Shown here piece by piece: positions 21,101 through 32,100 of a stretch of DNA of 64,000 bases. Position 1 is the stretch's first letter. Each line of letters starts with the position of its first letter. Source of the stretch: a virus (Duplodnaviria > Caudoviricetes); the IMG/VR virus record IMGVR_UViG_3300044695_005677, positions 1,847-65,846 of that record; one strand, written 5' to 3'. The position numbers and the translations under genes were made by a program. The notes below the pieces were generated by a model, which saw only the letters and a list, made by a program, of their open reading frames with translations, did not search any database and was not told the DNA's origin.

Positions 21101-21224
21101 TGGGCAGAATTACCACTTCCGCGCAGTTGTGTACAACTCCATCAACACGATCACTTCCATCCCGACTACAGGAACGACAAGCACCGATCCTTGGATTGGG
21201 GCAGTCGTTGCCTTCACCGCTTAA
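18102..21224 (+). CDS. Delta-60 repeat beta-propeller/Ig-like fibre protein
   Basis: Starts mid-repeat (RIAILNSDGTTDTSF): 3.5 repeats, Ig domain, 7 further repeats, Ig and FN3-like C-terminus. Confidence 0.85.
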   Translation: MIPDRIAILNSDGTTDTSFAVGAGLDSVGYAVTALPSGEIVAGGQFSFISGAVRSKLAVLNADGTLVPDVPTPSAVVYTANLQTDGSVVFGGDFTTVSGTTRNRLARLLPDLTLEAAFNPNVNGVVRALALQPDGRILAGGQFSTVGSTTRNNVARLYNGTAANSLYAVNADLIKWDRTGTSEETQRVEFEIDTGSGYGPLAGVISRTSSGWQIIPTVSLSGSTNDLRATAFPSDSHSEGIQQATASAPILPEIEVEIDGVILTSGVGTIYFPSTQVGSNSSKTVTVRNIGLASLTLDATPVTFSPTGQYDVVTQPSSPVLSGQSVTFTIDLTPTSAGTKTTTMTIHSDDADEASFTVALSGVATPGQGSQDSSWQPGVSSFVYALSQRTTGITGIGGSFTSVGTQTRNRYAFVDSLGAVQAQSGAGVNNNVMCMAQLPDGKALIGGDFTTQYIRRLNADGSIDGTFTLTTNGAVRCMSLQADGSVLIGGNFSTVTLGAVNVRQRIAKIDFSSTGVASVNAFSCPCNASVVSTLLTQTDGKIIVVGDFTAIAGSTQYYVARLNADGSIDSAFAANITGKAWVAALDASGRVLLGGGVLYIAGADKRGVVRLTSAGALDGTFTLVASSADTLIPQTDGTLVIGSTTAYPASTSRVERVTSAGANDTTFIAAATGNVFALCIQEDGSALVGGEFQLAGGPVTYAAKLINGTGASTLSVVSQTAVQWLRGGTLPETQVVVFDLSQDGGTTWARLGQGTRISGGWTLTGISLPTGGLLRARAYVQCGYIGGSVSIQEDQLTFSGVLAPDLMLQVADGSSIPADGLTGYFPVSDDGSTRYFTAIGGAFIDILVKLTNAGTATLSSIAATLTGWSTEFSIASSPPTSLSAGNSDTMVVRFSPATGAKGYRNPTLNIASNNPGTKSTYTIQVNTAAVAVPAATTGVASAIGGGSATLAGTFTPNHIAATCYFQYKLVASSTWLTSSTNTVAGFSPTPSTKVISGLTVGQNYHFRAVVYNSINTITSIPTTGTTSTDPWIGAVVAFTA

Positions 21225-21230
21225 CCCATC

Positions 21231-21428
21231 ATGCCCGATGTCGATCCCGAAGCCGAAGACCGAGTTGCCACTCTCCAAGGAGAGAATGGCGATGACGCAC
21301 AGTTCTTGGCTACGCGAGATCGAACAAAGGAGGTCATTGATCAGCGGTTTGATCTGTATCGCTTCATCTCAGGCGAAGGGGCAACCGTTCACAACTGCCA
21401 AGAATCCCTGATCTCTTCCTCCGAATGA
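21231..21428 (+). CDS. Hypothetical protein
   Basis: 65-aa ORF coupled to the next gene. Confidence 0.5.
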   Translation: MPDVDPEAEDRVATLQGENGDDAQFLATRDRTKEVIDQRFDLYRFISGEGATVHNCQESLISSSE

Positions 21429-21610
21429 TCCCGCAAGAAACTTGGGAAGCCATGTCCCCTGAGCAACAAGCAGGAGCTTGGTGGGCGGAGTTAGATGGGA
21501 TGCTCACTGCGGCTTTGGATGACGTGGTGTATCAGGCGGATAACGAGGACACCATCGTTCTCTCCGGCCTGACTTTTATCGTTGGAACCCGTGTTGCTGT
21601 GACCCCATGA
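21425..21610 (+). CDS. Hypothetical protein
   Basis: 61-aa ORF with ATGA overlaps on both sides. Confidence 0.55.
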   Translation: MIPQETWEAMSPEQQAGAWWAELDGMLTAALDDVVYQADNEDTIVLSGLTFIVGTRVAVTP

Positions 21611-22170
21611 CCTACGATCAATACCAGCAAATCTACAACGCAGCAAAGGCTCAGATCGCAGATCGAGTCAGCAAACTCCAGCCTAGAGCGGGCAATAATG
21701 CCAGTGTCAACGGTATGGGTATATCCATCGAAGTAGGGGGTGCAGAAGAAGCTGCTGCGGAAGAGACTTGGCGGTATGTTCTACTTGGGCGAGTTGTTGG
21801 GAGCACTACCATTAGTGGAGCCTTTGACGTGGGGCCGGAGAATGCCGCAGTTGTCTTCCGAGACGGGTTTGTTTCCAGCACCTCATTTTGGCAGGAGACA
21901 CAACTGGAGCAAAGCGAGACGTATTCCCGCAACTACACCCTCTTTTTGACTTCAGCCTCCGTGAACGAAGATAGCAGCGAAGGAGACTTCAAGTTTCCCA
22001 CCAAAGTGACTCTTGAGCTTTACCCGACAGACGAAGACGGGCTTCCGCTCGACCCTGTGGCTGAATATGATTTTTACGTGGGCTACGATGGAGACTCCCG
22101 TGCCTTTATTGCCCCAGCCCCAGACACCATCTACGGATTGCGAATCAAGACCATCGAGCGCACAGCATGA
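21607..22170 (+). CDS. Hypothetical virion-region protein
   Basis: 187-aa ORF in the operon. Confidence 0.65.
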   Translation: MTYDQYQQIYNAAKAQIADRVSKLQPRAGNNASVNGMGISIEVGGAEEAAAEETWRYVLLGRVVGSTTISGAFDVGPENAAVVFRDGFVSSTSFWQETQLEQSETYSRNYTLFLTSASVNEDSSEGDFKFPTKVTLELYPTDEDGLPLDPVAEYDFYVGYDGDSRAFIAPAPDTIYGLRIKTIERTA

Positions 22171-22174
22171 ACCT

Positions 22175-22203
22175 TTGACATAAGGCCCATCGTCAAGTAA
22201 AAT
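22175..22203 (+). promoter_or_regulatory. Sigma70-type promoter, nearly leaderless
   Basis: TTGACA, 17-nt spacer, TAAAAT, ending 10 nt before the ATG at 22214. Confidence 0.8.
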
Positions 22204-22213
22204 CCTCCTTATT

Positions 22214-23701
22214 ATGGCTACTGCTAAACCCTTCTCGCGTAACGGTAATCTCCTTGCCCCTCCTCCGCCTACTAGGGGGAAAAAGATTATGGGAGTCAGT
22301 GCGGGACCAAATAAGTTCCAAGAAGCTGGGCGTAACCTTGAAGAGGCTGGGTTTAAAGTCCAAAATGGCCAGCTTACCCCGACCCAAGACTACGGGGCAA
22401 TGACGGGCCTTGCCTCTGAGCAAAGGAATTCTCTGTCCCTCGGGTCCAAGCCGGGCAGTGTCTCCACGCTCGGTAGCCCGATGAACTCGATGTATGCGGC
22501 GAACCCGGGGTTTTTCCAACGTAGTGGCGGCGGTGGTGCCGCTGCTGTATCTCCCGAAGTCGCCCGAGCACAGAATATCGCCGCAGCTAAGAAAGCGGGA
22601 ACCTTTGATATCATTCGGGACCAATACAATGCAAAGGGCGGTGCCCAGATGAACGAGCTTGGGACAATCGGAGCGGCGGCTGCTGCTGCTGCTCCTGCGG
22701 CTACGGCTGAAAGCGTTGCCGCCCAACGTGCCAGCATACAAGGTGCTGCTGCTCCTGATATTCCTGCTGCTCCTGCGGCGGAAACTGGCGGATATGAGTA
22801 TGACCCAAATGCCGAAGCGGTGAATACGCTAGCAGACTACAGCAAAGGAGCGACAAACGCGGAGATGGCGGCTGGACCAAAACCTGCTACTCCTGCGGCT
22901 GCTGCTCCAGTCGTTCCTGCTCCTGCTCCAGCTGCTCCGGCTGCTCCTTCCCAGATGGACCTAAACCGTCAGGCTCTTGAGCAGGGCGCTGCGGGCATCC
23001 GTTTACGGCGTGAAGCCTTGGGCCAGATGCCCCAGTCAATTACTTCGGATAGAGGCTACAAAGTAGTTACTGATGCCAAGGGTAATATCGTCGGCACAAA
23101 TGCTCCTGTTGCCCCTGTATCGAGTGCTGTTGGTGGTTTTGCTGACCAGCGTGCTGCTTTCAATATGGGTAAAGGCACATCCGCTGAAAAAGCCGCCCTT
23201 GGCCCAAATATCCGTAGCGCAGCCCTTGCCGAGCTATCTAGGCCAGCGCCAAAACCGATGGCTGCAACTGCGCCAAATGCGGGCGCACAGATGGGTCCGC
23301 CTCTTCAGGGATCGGCACAGATGGGTCCGCCTCTTCAGGGATCGGCACAGATGGGTCCGCCTCTTCAGGGATCGGCACAGATGGGTCCACCTAGTGTGCC
23401 TAACAAGCCTATTCTATCTACCTCTGCTCCTCCCAAGATGTTTGAGTCCGCGACAACTAATAGGTTTGATCTTGTTGGGCCACCGTCAAATATGTCTCGC
23501 CCAATCCAAGGGCCACCCAATGCGGCTGCGACTACTCCTTATGAGCGCATGCAGAAGACTACCCTTGGTCCGGCAAAACCGAATGGGCCTATTCTATCTA
23601 CCTCTGCTCCTCCCAAAATGATGGCGGCGGCTCCTGCATCTATTCCGACTAAGGACGATATCACCAAACAACGTGCTTCTCTTGCCTCCACTAAACGCTA
23701 A
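22214..23701 (+). CDS. Low-complexity A/P/G-rich protein, possible internal virion protein
   Basis: 495 aa, looks disordered, carries internal repeats. Confidence 0.6.
   Translation: MATAKPFSRNGNLLAPPPPTRGKKIMGVSAGPNKFQEAGRNLEEAGFKVQNGQLTPTQDYGAMTGLASEQRNSLSLGSKPGSVSTLGSPMNSMYAANPGFFQRSGGGGAAAVSPEVARAQNIAAAKKAGTFDIIRDQYNAKGGAQMNELGTIGAAAAAAAPAATAESVAAQRASIQGAAAPDIPAAPAAETGGYEYDPNAEAVNTLADYSKGATNAEMAAGPKPATPAAAAPVVPAPAPAAPAAPSQMDLNRQALEQGAAGIRLRREALGQMPQSITSDRGYKVVTDAKGNIVGTNAPVAPVSSAVGGFADQRAAFNMGKGTSAEKAALGPNIRSAALAELSRPAPKPMAATAPNAGAQMGPPLQGSAQMGPPLQGSAQMGPPLQGSAQMGPPSVPNKPILSTSAPPKMFESATTNRFDLVGPPSNMSRPIQGPPNAAATTPYERMQKTTLGPAKPNGPILSTSAPPKMMAAAPASIPTKDDITKQRASLASTKR
23285..23391 (+). repeat. 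30-bp tandem repeat (AQMGPPLQGS, about 3.6 copies)
   Basis: Exact GCACAGATGGGTCCGCCTCTTCAGGGATCG units. Confidence 0.95.
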
Positions 23702-24642
23702 TGGATACTCGTCTCACCGTCTCCGATTGTCGCAACGCCCTCTACACAGAGGTCGATGCAACGGACATTAACTCTGCTCTTTTTATCCCTCAACTCAATG
23801 AGGTGTGTGAGCGGTTTATCAATTCGGGCAGATGGAAAGGCGTAACCCCAAAAGTCACTATCCCGTCCCCCACGGGCTTTTTCACTCTCCCACGGTGGTA
23901 TCAGTCCGTCTTGGTGATGCGTTATCGGAAAGCCCCTTATCCGACCTTTACACCGTTCTACGAGTTTTCGGAATCGGGACCGGGCGAGATGGACGACACG
24001 CGGGCCTTCCCGGGCGTTCTCATCGACCTTGGCGACGGTTTCTGCACCCAGTCGGACATTGACACTGCTGGGACTCTCCGCATCACTGTAGGCGGTGCAG
24101 GAGACGCCGGAAAGACTATCCGACTTTTTGGCGAGGACGCTTCAGGGAATGTGGTCTACTCGACCGCAGGCGTTCAAGGTATTTCCATCACAACCACCAC
24201 TACGACAGTGGATACTTCTCAGGTTTTCTCAAAAGTGACAGGTATTCAGGCTCCGGCGAACATGTTGTCCCCGTGGACGCTAAGTGTGGTCAATGGCGCA
24301 ACGGTCACGCAGATAGGTCGGTATTACCCAAGCGAGACCCGTCCTACCTACCGACGTTACCAAACTGGGACGACCGATGAGGCGATTCAGACCATCTGCT
24401 ATCGCAGGTTTATTCCGTTGGTGGCGGAGACGGACTGGGTCATGCCGGGCAATTTGAGTGCGCTCCGTTACGGTCTTAAGGCTCTTGCCTTTGAACGTGC
24501 AGGGCAACTTGACTTGGCACAGGCGTCTCTTACTACTGCCATTTCCTACCTTAATCAGGAGGCAAAAGCATCCAGAGGTGGAGCTATTCCTTCTCTCAAC
24601 ATTCATTCAGAGTTCTCTAGAGGAGTCCATATCGGAGCGTAA
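23701..24642 (+). CDS. Probable head-tail adaptor / tail tubular protein
   Basis: Helical termini around a beta-rich core, 313 aa, ahead of ejection-type genes. Confidence 0.5.
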   Translation: MDTRLTVSDCRNALYTEVDATDINSALFIPQLNEVCERFINSGRWKGVTPKVTIPSPTGFFTLPRWYQSVLVMRYRKAPYPTFTPFYEFSESGPGEMDDTRAFPGVLIDLGDGFCTQSDIDTAGTLRITVGGAGDAGKTIRLFGEDASGNVVYSTAGVQGISITTTTTTVDTSQVFSKVTGIQAPANMLSPWTLSVVNGATVTQIGRYYPSETRPTYRRYQTGTTDEAIQTICYRRFIPLVAETDWVMPGNLSALRYGLKALAFERAGQLDLAQASLTTAISYLNQEAKASRGGAIPSLNIHSEFSRGVHIGA

Positions 24643-24644
24643 AT

Positions 24645-26123
24645 ATGCCAGCCCCCCGCACCCCAACCCCCGAAGAAATGTTTGGTTTTGGCAGCGTGCC
24701 TTTGACCAGCTATTTTGGTGCCCCAGAAGGGGGTTCACAGAATACTATGTTCTCTCCGACTGCTCGGGCAATGCTCCAGCAGGGCGAGAACTATCAGTAT
24801 CAGCAGGAGGCTATCCAGCGTCAAAGGCAGGCGGAAGAAGAGGCTTACCAAAGGCAACAGCAACAGCAGGAAGCCGAGCGGGTAGCTTCACAGGCGTTTA
24901 GTGGAGCACCACAGATGACCGATGAGCAGATCACTCAGCAGTTCGTGCAGAACCCTGCCTACCTACAGACCAAACAAGGGCAGAACGCACTTGGGTATCT
25001 TCAGTTCCGCCAGTCGGTAACCCCTGCTGCGGACAAAGTTTTGGCTCCCCAAATGCTCAAGAAGATCGAAGACCCACGTCATCGTGCGGCTTTCCAAGAA
25101 CGTATCCAGAGCGGCGTGTCAGCAAACGATGCCTATGATGCGTATCGCAAGGATACATTCAACGAGAAGCATGCGCTAGACTTAGCCGCAGCGGGTGTTC
25201 CAGAAGAAGAGTATGATAAACTCCGTGATGAAAATGGCTTGTTCAAGCCAGATGCGGTGGCTCGAAGCACCACTCGGGCAAGGGCGGACCTCAAGTCCCG
25301 AGAAAGTGTAGCGGATCAACGAATTGGGGCATTAAGTAAAGCCCTATCGAACCGCATGAAAATGCTCAAAGACATGGGCAAAGAGCCAGCGGTCATAGCC
25401 GCTGATCCGCTCGTCAATACCTACTCGTCGGATCTCGAAACTGCTCATGTAGATAAGCTGAATGCCTTGTCGGCAAAACAAGCGGCTGAAGCGGCTAAGT
25501 TTGCCAAAGAGCGTCCATCTGAGGCTACAGAACGTCCAAAAAGTCGTGAAGTTACCCCTCAAACAGCACCTGCCCCCGCAGAAGACTTGACTCAGGCTCC
25601 TGAATACCGAGCTGCGGCCAAAGCTCTGGCTGAAAGACAGGCTGAAGCTAACAACGCTCAAGCGGCTATTGATAAAGAGATTGCGTCAGCATGGACTGAG
25701 AAGAAAAATGAGCTTCAGACAGATATTGAGAAGGCGTATAGCAAAAAAGATTTGCTAGGGATTGCTTCGGCAATTGCTAGGGGGGATATATCCCCTCAGA
25801 CAGCCACGGGGGATACGGCAAAGGCCACATCCTACGCTGCTTATAGCCAGCCTACGATCTCGTATGCCGAGTATCTTCTTAGCAAACTTGGAAAAGATGT
25901 TTCTTCTCCTGCCTTTAAAGAGCCTCAGAATAAACGCTGGGGTACGCAAGATGTAAGTCAAAGTGAACTGCTTCGACAATGGGCAGAGCAGTATGTTCGG
26001 GAACACTCCGAGGGAAAAGATGGGCAAATACCCGCCCAGAATCCGCAAGCGACAGGTGGACAACTACCAGCAAGTAGTGGTAAGATTGTAGTAGGTACGC
26101 CTGTAGAAATTGGCGGGCCATAA
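24645..26123 (+). CDS. Probable internal virion (ejection) protein
   Basis: Q/A/E-rich helical 492 aa directly before the giant gene. Confidence 0.55.
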   Translation: MPAPRTPTPEEMFGFGSVPLTSYFGAPEGGSQNTMFSPTARAMLQQGENYQYQQEAIQRQRQAEEEAYQRQQQQQEAERVASQAFSGAPQMTDEQITQQFVQNPAYLQTKQGQNALGYLQFRQSVTPAADKVLAPQMLKKIEDPRHRAAFQERIQSGVSANDAYDAYRKDTFNEKHALDLAAAGVPEEEYDKLRDENGLFKPDAVARSTTRARADLKSRESVADQRIGALSKALSNRMKMLKDMGKEPAVIAADPLVNTYSSDLETAHVDKLNALSAKQAAEAAKFAKERPSEATERPKSREVTPQTAPAPAEDLTQAPEYRAAAKALAERQAEANNAQAAIDKEIASAWTEKKNELQTDIEKAYSKKDLLGIASAIARGDISPQTATGDTAKATSYAAYSQPTISYAEYLLSKLGKDVSSPAFKEPQNKRWGTQDVSQSELLRQWAEQYVREHSEGKDGQIPAQNPQATGGQLPASSGKIVVGTPVEIGGP

Positions 26124-26135
26124 CCCCTCTAGTTT

Positions 26136-29100
26136 ATGCCTTGGGAAATACCAATTACATTCGGAAAAACAACGTATCCTGTCCGTTTTAATACAGAGGG
26201 AGAACCGACGCAGGCAGATATCGACGAGGCAATAGCTATTATTCGCCAACAGCGGGAAGCTCCGCAGACAGACCTTGATAAAGCGTTAGCTCTTATTCGT
26301 CAGCAACAGGAAAATCCTCAGCCTGATGCTACAGGACAAGGGCGGCTATCAAGTGCGGCATCCAATGTTGGGCGTGGAGCGTTGTCGGTTATCCCGGGGA
26401 CTATCGGTGGCGTAGGATATGTCACCGGATCAGATACCCTGACTGGCGCAGCTAAAGACGTTGAGCAGGGCATTGAGAAGATGCTTCCCGTGAATCCCGC
26501 TTATCAAGAGGAGTTTAGCCAAAAAGCCGCAAACGTATTAGGTCAAGCAGGTGGTATGTTTCTGACAGGCGGAGCAGCGGGCGCAATCGGTAAAGGTCGT
26601 GCTCTAGCCAAGGGTTTAGAAGCCGCAGCAGCAGCCGCTAAAGGCACCAAAGCCGCTCAAGCAGCATCGCTAGGGACAGGAATACTGCAAGGAACCTATA
26701 GCGGAGGGCAGGAAGCCGAGAAATACGGCATGACTGGGGGCAGTGCTTATGCGCGTGCCTTACTCGGTGGAGCACTTGAAGGTGCCACTGAAAAGTATCT
26801 ATTCGGTATGGGCACAGAACTTGCCCCAGTGCGTAAGTTCCTTGGAGACACCGTGGAACGCGGAGTCGGGGGTATCCTAAAAGCCACTGGAACTGAGGCA
26901 GGCGAAGAAGCCGCTTCTCAGATCGGTGGCAACATCGCCACAACGGCTCTTGCCCCTAAAGGGGTAGTTACGCCAGATGTGATGTCCGGAGTCGGAGAAG
27001 CCGCACTCCTTGGGGGTATTGCAGGAGGAGCACTTGGCGGAGTTAATAACCTGATGCTAGGTAGTCAAGATACTGCTGAAACTCCCCCTGAATCGGGAGC
27101 TACTGAACCGAAAGACCCATTAGTCGCAAACCTCAATGCGGCGATAGAAGCAGCTACGGCTAACAATACTGGCGAAGAGGTAACTGTGGAAGACCTTGTC
27201 CAAACGGCTAAAGAGCGTTTTGGGGTTCTTCAGACTAAAGCTGCCGACCAGACGACGCCTCTGACACAGGAAGAAGCGGACGAGATGGATGCCCTGACAA
27301 CGGCTTTCACCGACCCAACGAATATCGATCATGCGGGTCTGGCCGATCTGTATAATCTTCGCATCACGGAGCCTGTTGCTGACGAAGTAGCTCCTGTGGC
27401 TCCTGTTGAGGACGAGCTTACACCTGCGGAGAGCTACCGCTTAGATGCGTTGCAGGAGATAAAAGATCGGCTACGGGCTGGGGAAATCACTGTTTCTGAG
27501 TACCAACAGGAAGTGGCACAACTAGAAAAGGATTCTGCCGCCGCCTTTTCTACCCCAGAGGAACTTCAATACCTAGAGCAAATTCAACCACTCAAAGACC
27601 GCTTGGTTGCGGGGGAAATCACCATTCCTGAGTACCAGAAAGCTATTGAGGAAATTAAAACAGGGGTAGCTCCTGCTCCTGTGGTTCCTGCTGCTACTGC
27701 TCCTGTGGTTCCTGCTGCTACTGCTCCTGTAGTTCCAGCTCCGGTAGCCGATCCTATTATCGATGCTGCGGTCGTCGCGGTAAATAAGCCTGATGCCAAT
27801 CTTCCGATTGTTGCTGCTCTCGTAAATGATGGGGCGCTCAATCCTGCTCCGATACCAACCCCAACAGAACCCCCAGCCAATGCCCCTACCCAAGAACGTG
27901 AAGTCGAAAGCCCAAGTGGGACTCCTCCTGTCCAAGGCCAGCCCGCTGACCAAGGCGCAAATCGCCAAGCTCCGGAGGGAACTGCACAGCGGGAAGGTGA
28001 AGGTGCAGAAGTAGCCCCTGCTCCTGCTCCTATCGAACGCAAGAAGATCGACGCAATTTTTGAGCGTATCTTGAAGCGAAAGTCCACGGTGCCGTTGATC
28101 AATGGGATGTTCCAAGTACCGTACGCAGTAGCTCTCAAAGACCCTAGCTTGCGTCCAACCAATAGGAATGAGCAAAGCCTTCGTTATCGCACCAGCACGA
28201 AAGGAGAAGTCACTGGAGACTTCAATGCTAGCGACTCACGGGACACAATTATTTTTGATGAACGTGTTCGAGGTGCCAGAGCGCCCGTAGCACCCGTAGA
28301 AGTCGCTGCGGAGAAGGAACAGCTTACTCCAGAAAAAGGAGATGAAGTGTTTGTAAAAGGTGGTGATGCTAGAATCACTCGCCGTATTGACAATATCTTT
28401 ACCGCCGAAGGCAAGCAGATGGTTCTGTTACAAGGACTTCGCGACCCAATACCTTTGGAGAATACCACGGTTGATCCTAAATCGGATTATCGTAGACGAA
28501 AACAGAAAAAAGCTGAACAAGCGGCACCAGTAGTTAAAGCAACGCCCCAACTAGTTCGACAAATGGGCGATATAGCTGTGAAAAATAGGACGCCTATTGA
28601 TCAAAGATACGTCGAAGACTACCTTGGGGGGCTTGCGCCGGAAGGATACGCCCTTAACGAAAAGGGTGATCTTTATATCTATTCTCCGAGTCGAGGTCCG
28701 CAGTTCAGTCAAGGTGGTCAGGCAAACACAGCGCAGGATACCGAGTATCTTGAGCTTGCCAAGAATCCTGAAAAGAACCGCTCACTGCTGCAAAAGATGG
28801 TGGATAAGGCGGCGAAAATGGCGGGATATAATGTGGGGCCGGTTTATCATGGAACCGCTCCAAGTTCATGGAAATGGGACGATGGATTAAAACTATTTGG
28901 AGTTTTCGGCAGGGATTGGACAGCGTTTAATGGACCTGCTTATTTTGCGGCAAACAAAACCTATGCAGACGCATTTGCTAGCCATCGCTCTGGAGAGCGC
29001 GCACTTGGGAATGATCCAATAACGCTTTCAGTCATGCTTTCTGGAAAGTTTAAGGACATGCGAAGTGTTAATGGTTTCTGGAAAGAGTTAAGGAATAACC

Positions 29101-32100
29101 CAAAAACATTAATAGAATCAGCATCAAGTGAGGGATTTACAGGATTTATCCTGACTGAAGCGGACACTTCAAAAAGACCTGAGTGGGCTGGTGACATTTA
29201 TTTTGTATTCAACCCCAACCAAATCAAATCCGCCGACCCAGTCACCTACGATGCCGCTGGCAACGTCATTCCTCTCAGCCAGCGCTTTAACGAGGCGACA
29301 CCTGATATTCGGTTCAGCCAAGCTCCGCAAACCCCTACTCGAAACCAAAGCCCCGAGTCCCTGCGTCACGCAGAGCTAGAAGCCAAGTTTAAGGCTGGCA
29401 CGATCACTCCTGAAGAAACTGCGGAAGCTGAGAAGCTAGTGGCGGACAGGTCTGAAAAAGGCGGGTGGAACATTGCGGCAAAGCATGGCACGACCCACAA
29501 CTTCTTCACTTTCACAAGGGCTAATGCGAATATTGAAAACAACCTTGGAGCAGGCTTCTATCTGAGCAATACGGAAGATGACGTCACTGAAAACTACGCG
29601 GGAGTCGGTCCTGACCTAACCAACCGTATCGAAAAAAGAGCGGAGCAGATCCTAAACGATCTGGAAGACCAACCTGCTTACGGCACTCCTGCGTATAAAA
29701 AGAAGATGGAGGCAGCGAAGAAGAAAGCTGCTAAAGAACTGTCTGGCGGAAAACAGCGTGTCATATCTGCCAAAGTTCGATTCACCAACCCAGTTATACT
29801 CGATGGAAACGGCGCACGACCAAGTGGCACCATCATTGAGCTAGCTCCCGATATTGAGCAATATCGCGCAGAAGCTATTGAGCGGGTAAAGGAAAATAAT
29901 CCCGAAGTTACAGACGAAAATATCGATGCTTATTCTGACGAAGTGCAGGATGCGATGTATGAACTCCAAAGCGAGGACTATAACGCGGATGGACCGATGG
30001 AGAAAATCCGTGGCGTTGTGGACTCCTTTGAAGAAACAGATTGGGGTCGGCTATCTGAAGAGCTTTCTGGAGAAGAGAGTCTTCCCGCATACCGTCTTGA
30101 GCAACTTCTACGCGAGAACGAAGGCACTGCGTATGCCACAGACAGTGAGAGCGGAGACTCGGCAGTTGGAGAGCTTATTCGTCAAGTTTTTGAGGCTCTG
30201 GGCTACGACGGCATCATCGACAAAAATGTAAACGCCAAGTTCGGATCAAAGTCAAAAGGCAAGCCAATGGCGGGAATGCGTGAAAGCACCATTCACTATA
30301 TTGCCTTTGATCCTAACCAAATCAAATCCGCAGAAACGTTTACCGGAGTCCCTTTAGATCAACGGTTCGACCCTAAGTCCGAAGACATCCGGTTCAGCCA
30401 AGCTCCGCAAACGCCAACGGGTCTCCCAGCCGCAAAGGTAAAGACCGTAGTCGACCAAGTGATGGCGAAGAACAAGTCTCCGCTTCAGGTCAGAGTTATT
30501 ACCCGAGACGAGTTGGACAACGCTGACGAGTTTCAGGATATCCGTGACTCCCTTCAGAGCCAAGGAGCCGATAGCCAATTCACCGAAGCGTGGGTTGATG
30601 GTCGCACGCAGACCGTGGTTGTTGTCGCTGACAGCTTCTCAAGTGCTGCCCGTGTTCGTGAAGTCCTTGTCCATGAGATCATCGGTCACGCTGGCGTGGA
30701 TGCCTTTGCTTCCGAAGCGGACATTTCCAGAGTCCTCAAGATTCTTGATCGCCGAGTTCCCGACCTCGTTAATCAGGTCAGAGCAAGGTATCCGAATCTG
30801 GACGATGCGGGTATCGCGAGAGAAGTGATTGCCAAGTTTTCTGAGCAATACCAGTCTGCTGACTTTGCTTCTCAACCCTCCGGTGTGAAAGCCCTGTGGC
30901 GTGAACTCAAGGCATGGTTGGGTAGTATCCTTCAACGCCTGAACGTAAGTGTCGCAGCCTTCGATGACCTGACCCTTCATTGGTTCTACACGAATGCCGT
31001 CAACGCCGCAGCAGGTATTACTGCTCTTCCGGCACCAACAGTTACAGCGACTGCTGCTCCCGTAGCTGCGACTGCTGCTCCCGTAGCTGCGACTGCTGCT
31101 CCCGTAGCTGCGACTGTTGCTCCCGTAGCTGCGACTGTTGCTCCTGCCCCTACCCCTGCGGCTACTGCTCCGACTGCTGCTCCTGCCCCTGCGGCTAAGA
31201 AAAAATTTGTCCTGCCTCCTGCTCGTCCTCGCGCAAAAACTGCTCCTGCGGAAGCGGAAAATGCATTTGGTGTTGCCAATGCTGTTGTGGACGCAGCCCG
31301 TGCAAAGCTCGGTCTTCCCCCAGTATATGCTCCCGCTCGTCAATCCTTTGGTACTTTGTGGGATCGAGCTTTGCGTGCCCTTTCTATAGATCCGAAAAAA
31401 GGAGAAAAACTCGTCGCAGAGCTAAACGAAAAACCCCGCGAGATAAGTGATGTAGATACAGCCATTCTGACTCATGAATTGGTCACCAGAACTCTTGACT
31501 TTGATAGGGCGACTGAGGCGTTAAATAAGGCCACAGAAAGTGAAAAAGAGGCGGCTCGTCAGGATTATGATTCTGCGATGACCCGTCTGCAAGAAGCATG
31601 GAATGCCAGCGACGTTTCTGGGACTGAACAAGGTCGCTCTTTGAATGCCAGAAAGATGCTTGTCGCGTTGGACTATACCCTATCGAAGATGGTGTCCATG
31701 AGAACTGCTGCGGCTGAACGTCCTCTTACCGACGCTCAACGCATTCAGACCGAAGAACTCTATAACAAGATCGACGCCCTCCAAAAGAAACTGGACGAAC
31801 TTGAGAAGTCAGGGAAGACATCTGGTGAAGAAGCCCGTCTCGAAGACCTTTTGGCGAGTGCCCGTGAAGAGGGTAAACTTGAAGCTCAGAAGGAAGCCAA
31901 GCTCCTTGCAGAAGCTGATGCCATCCTGAAAGCTGAAGAGGCTGCGCGAGCATCAAAGGTGAAGAAAGGAGCCGACCCAGCCAAGGTGCTAGAAGACAGC
32001 GTAGACGCTGCTAGGGCACGCCTACGCGCACGCAAAGGACTCTTTGGTGCAAAGACACCAGAGGTGGCCCAAGAAGAAGCTGGAGACATCAAATTCAGTA

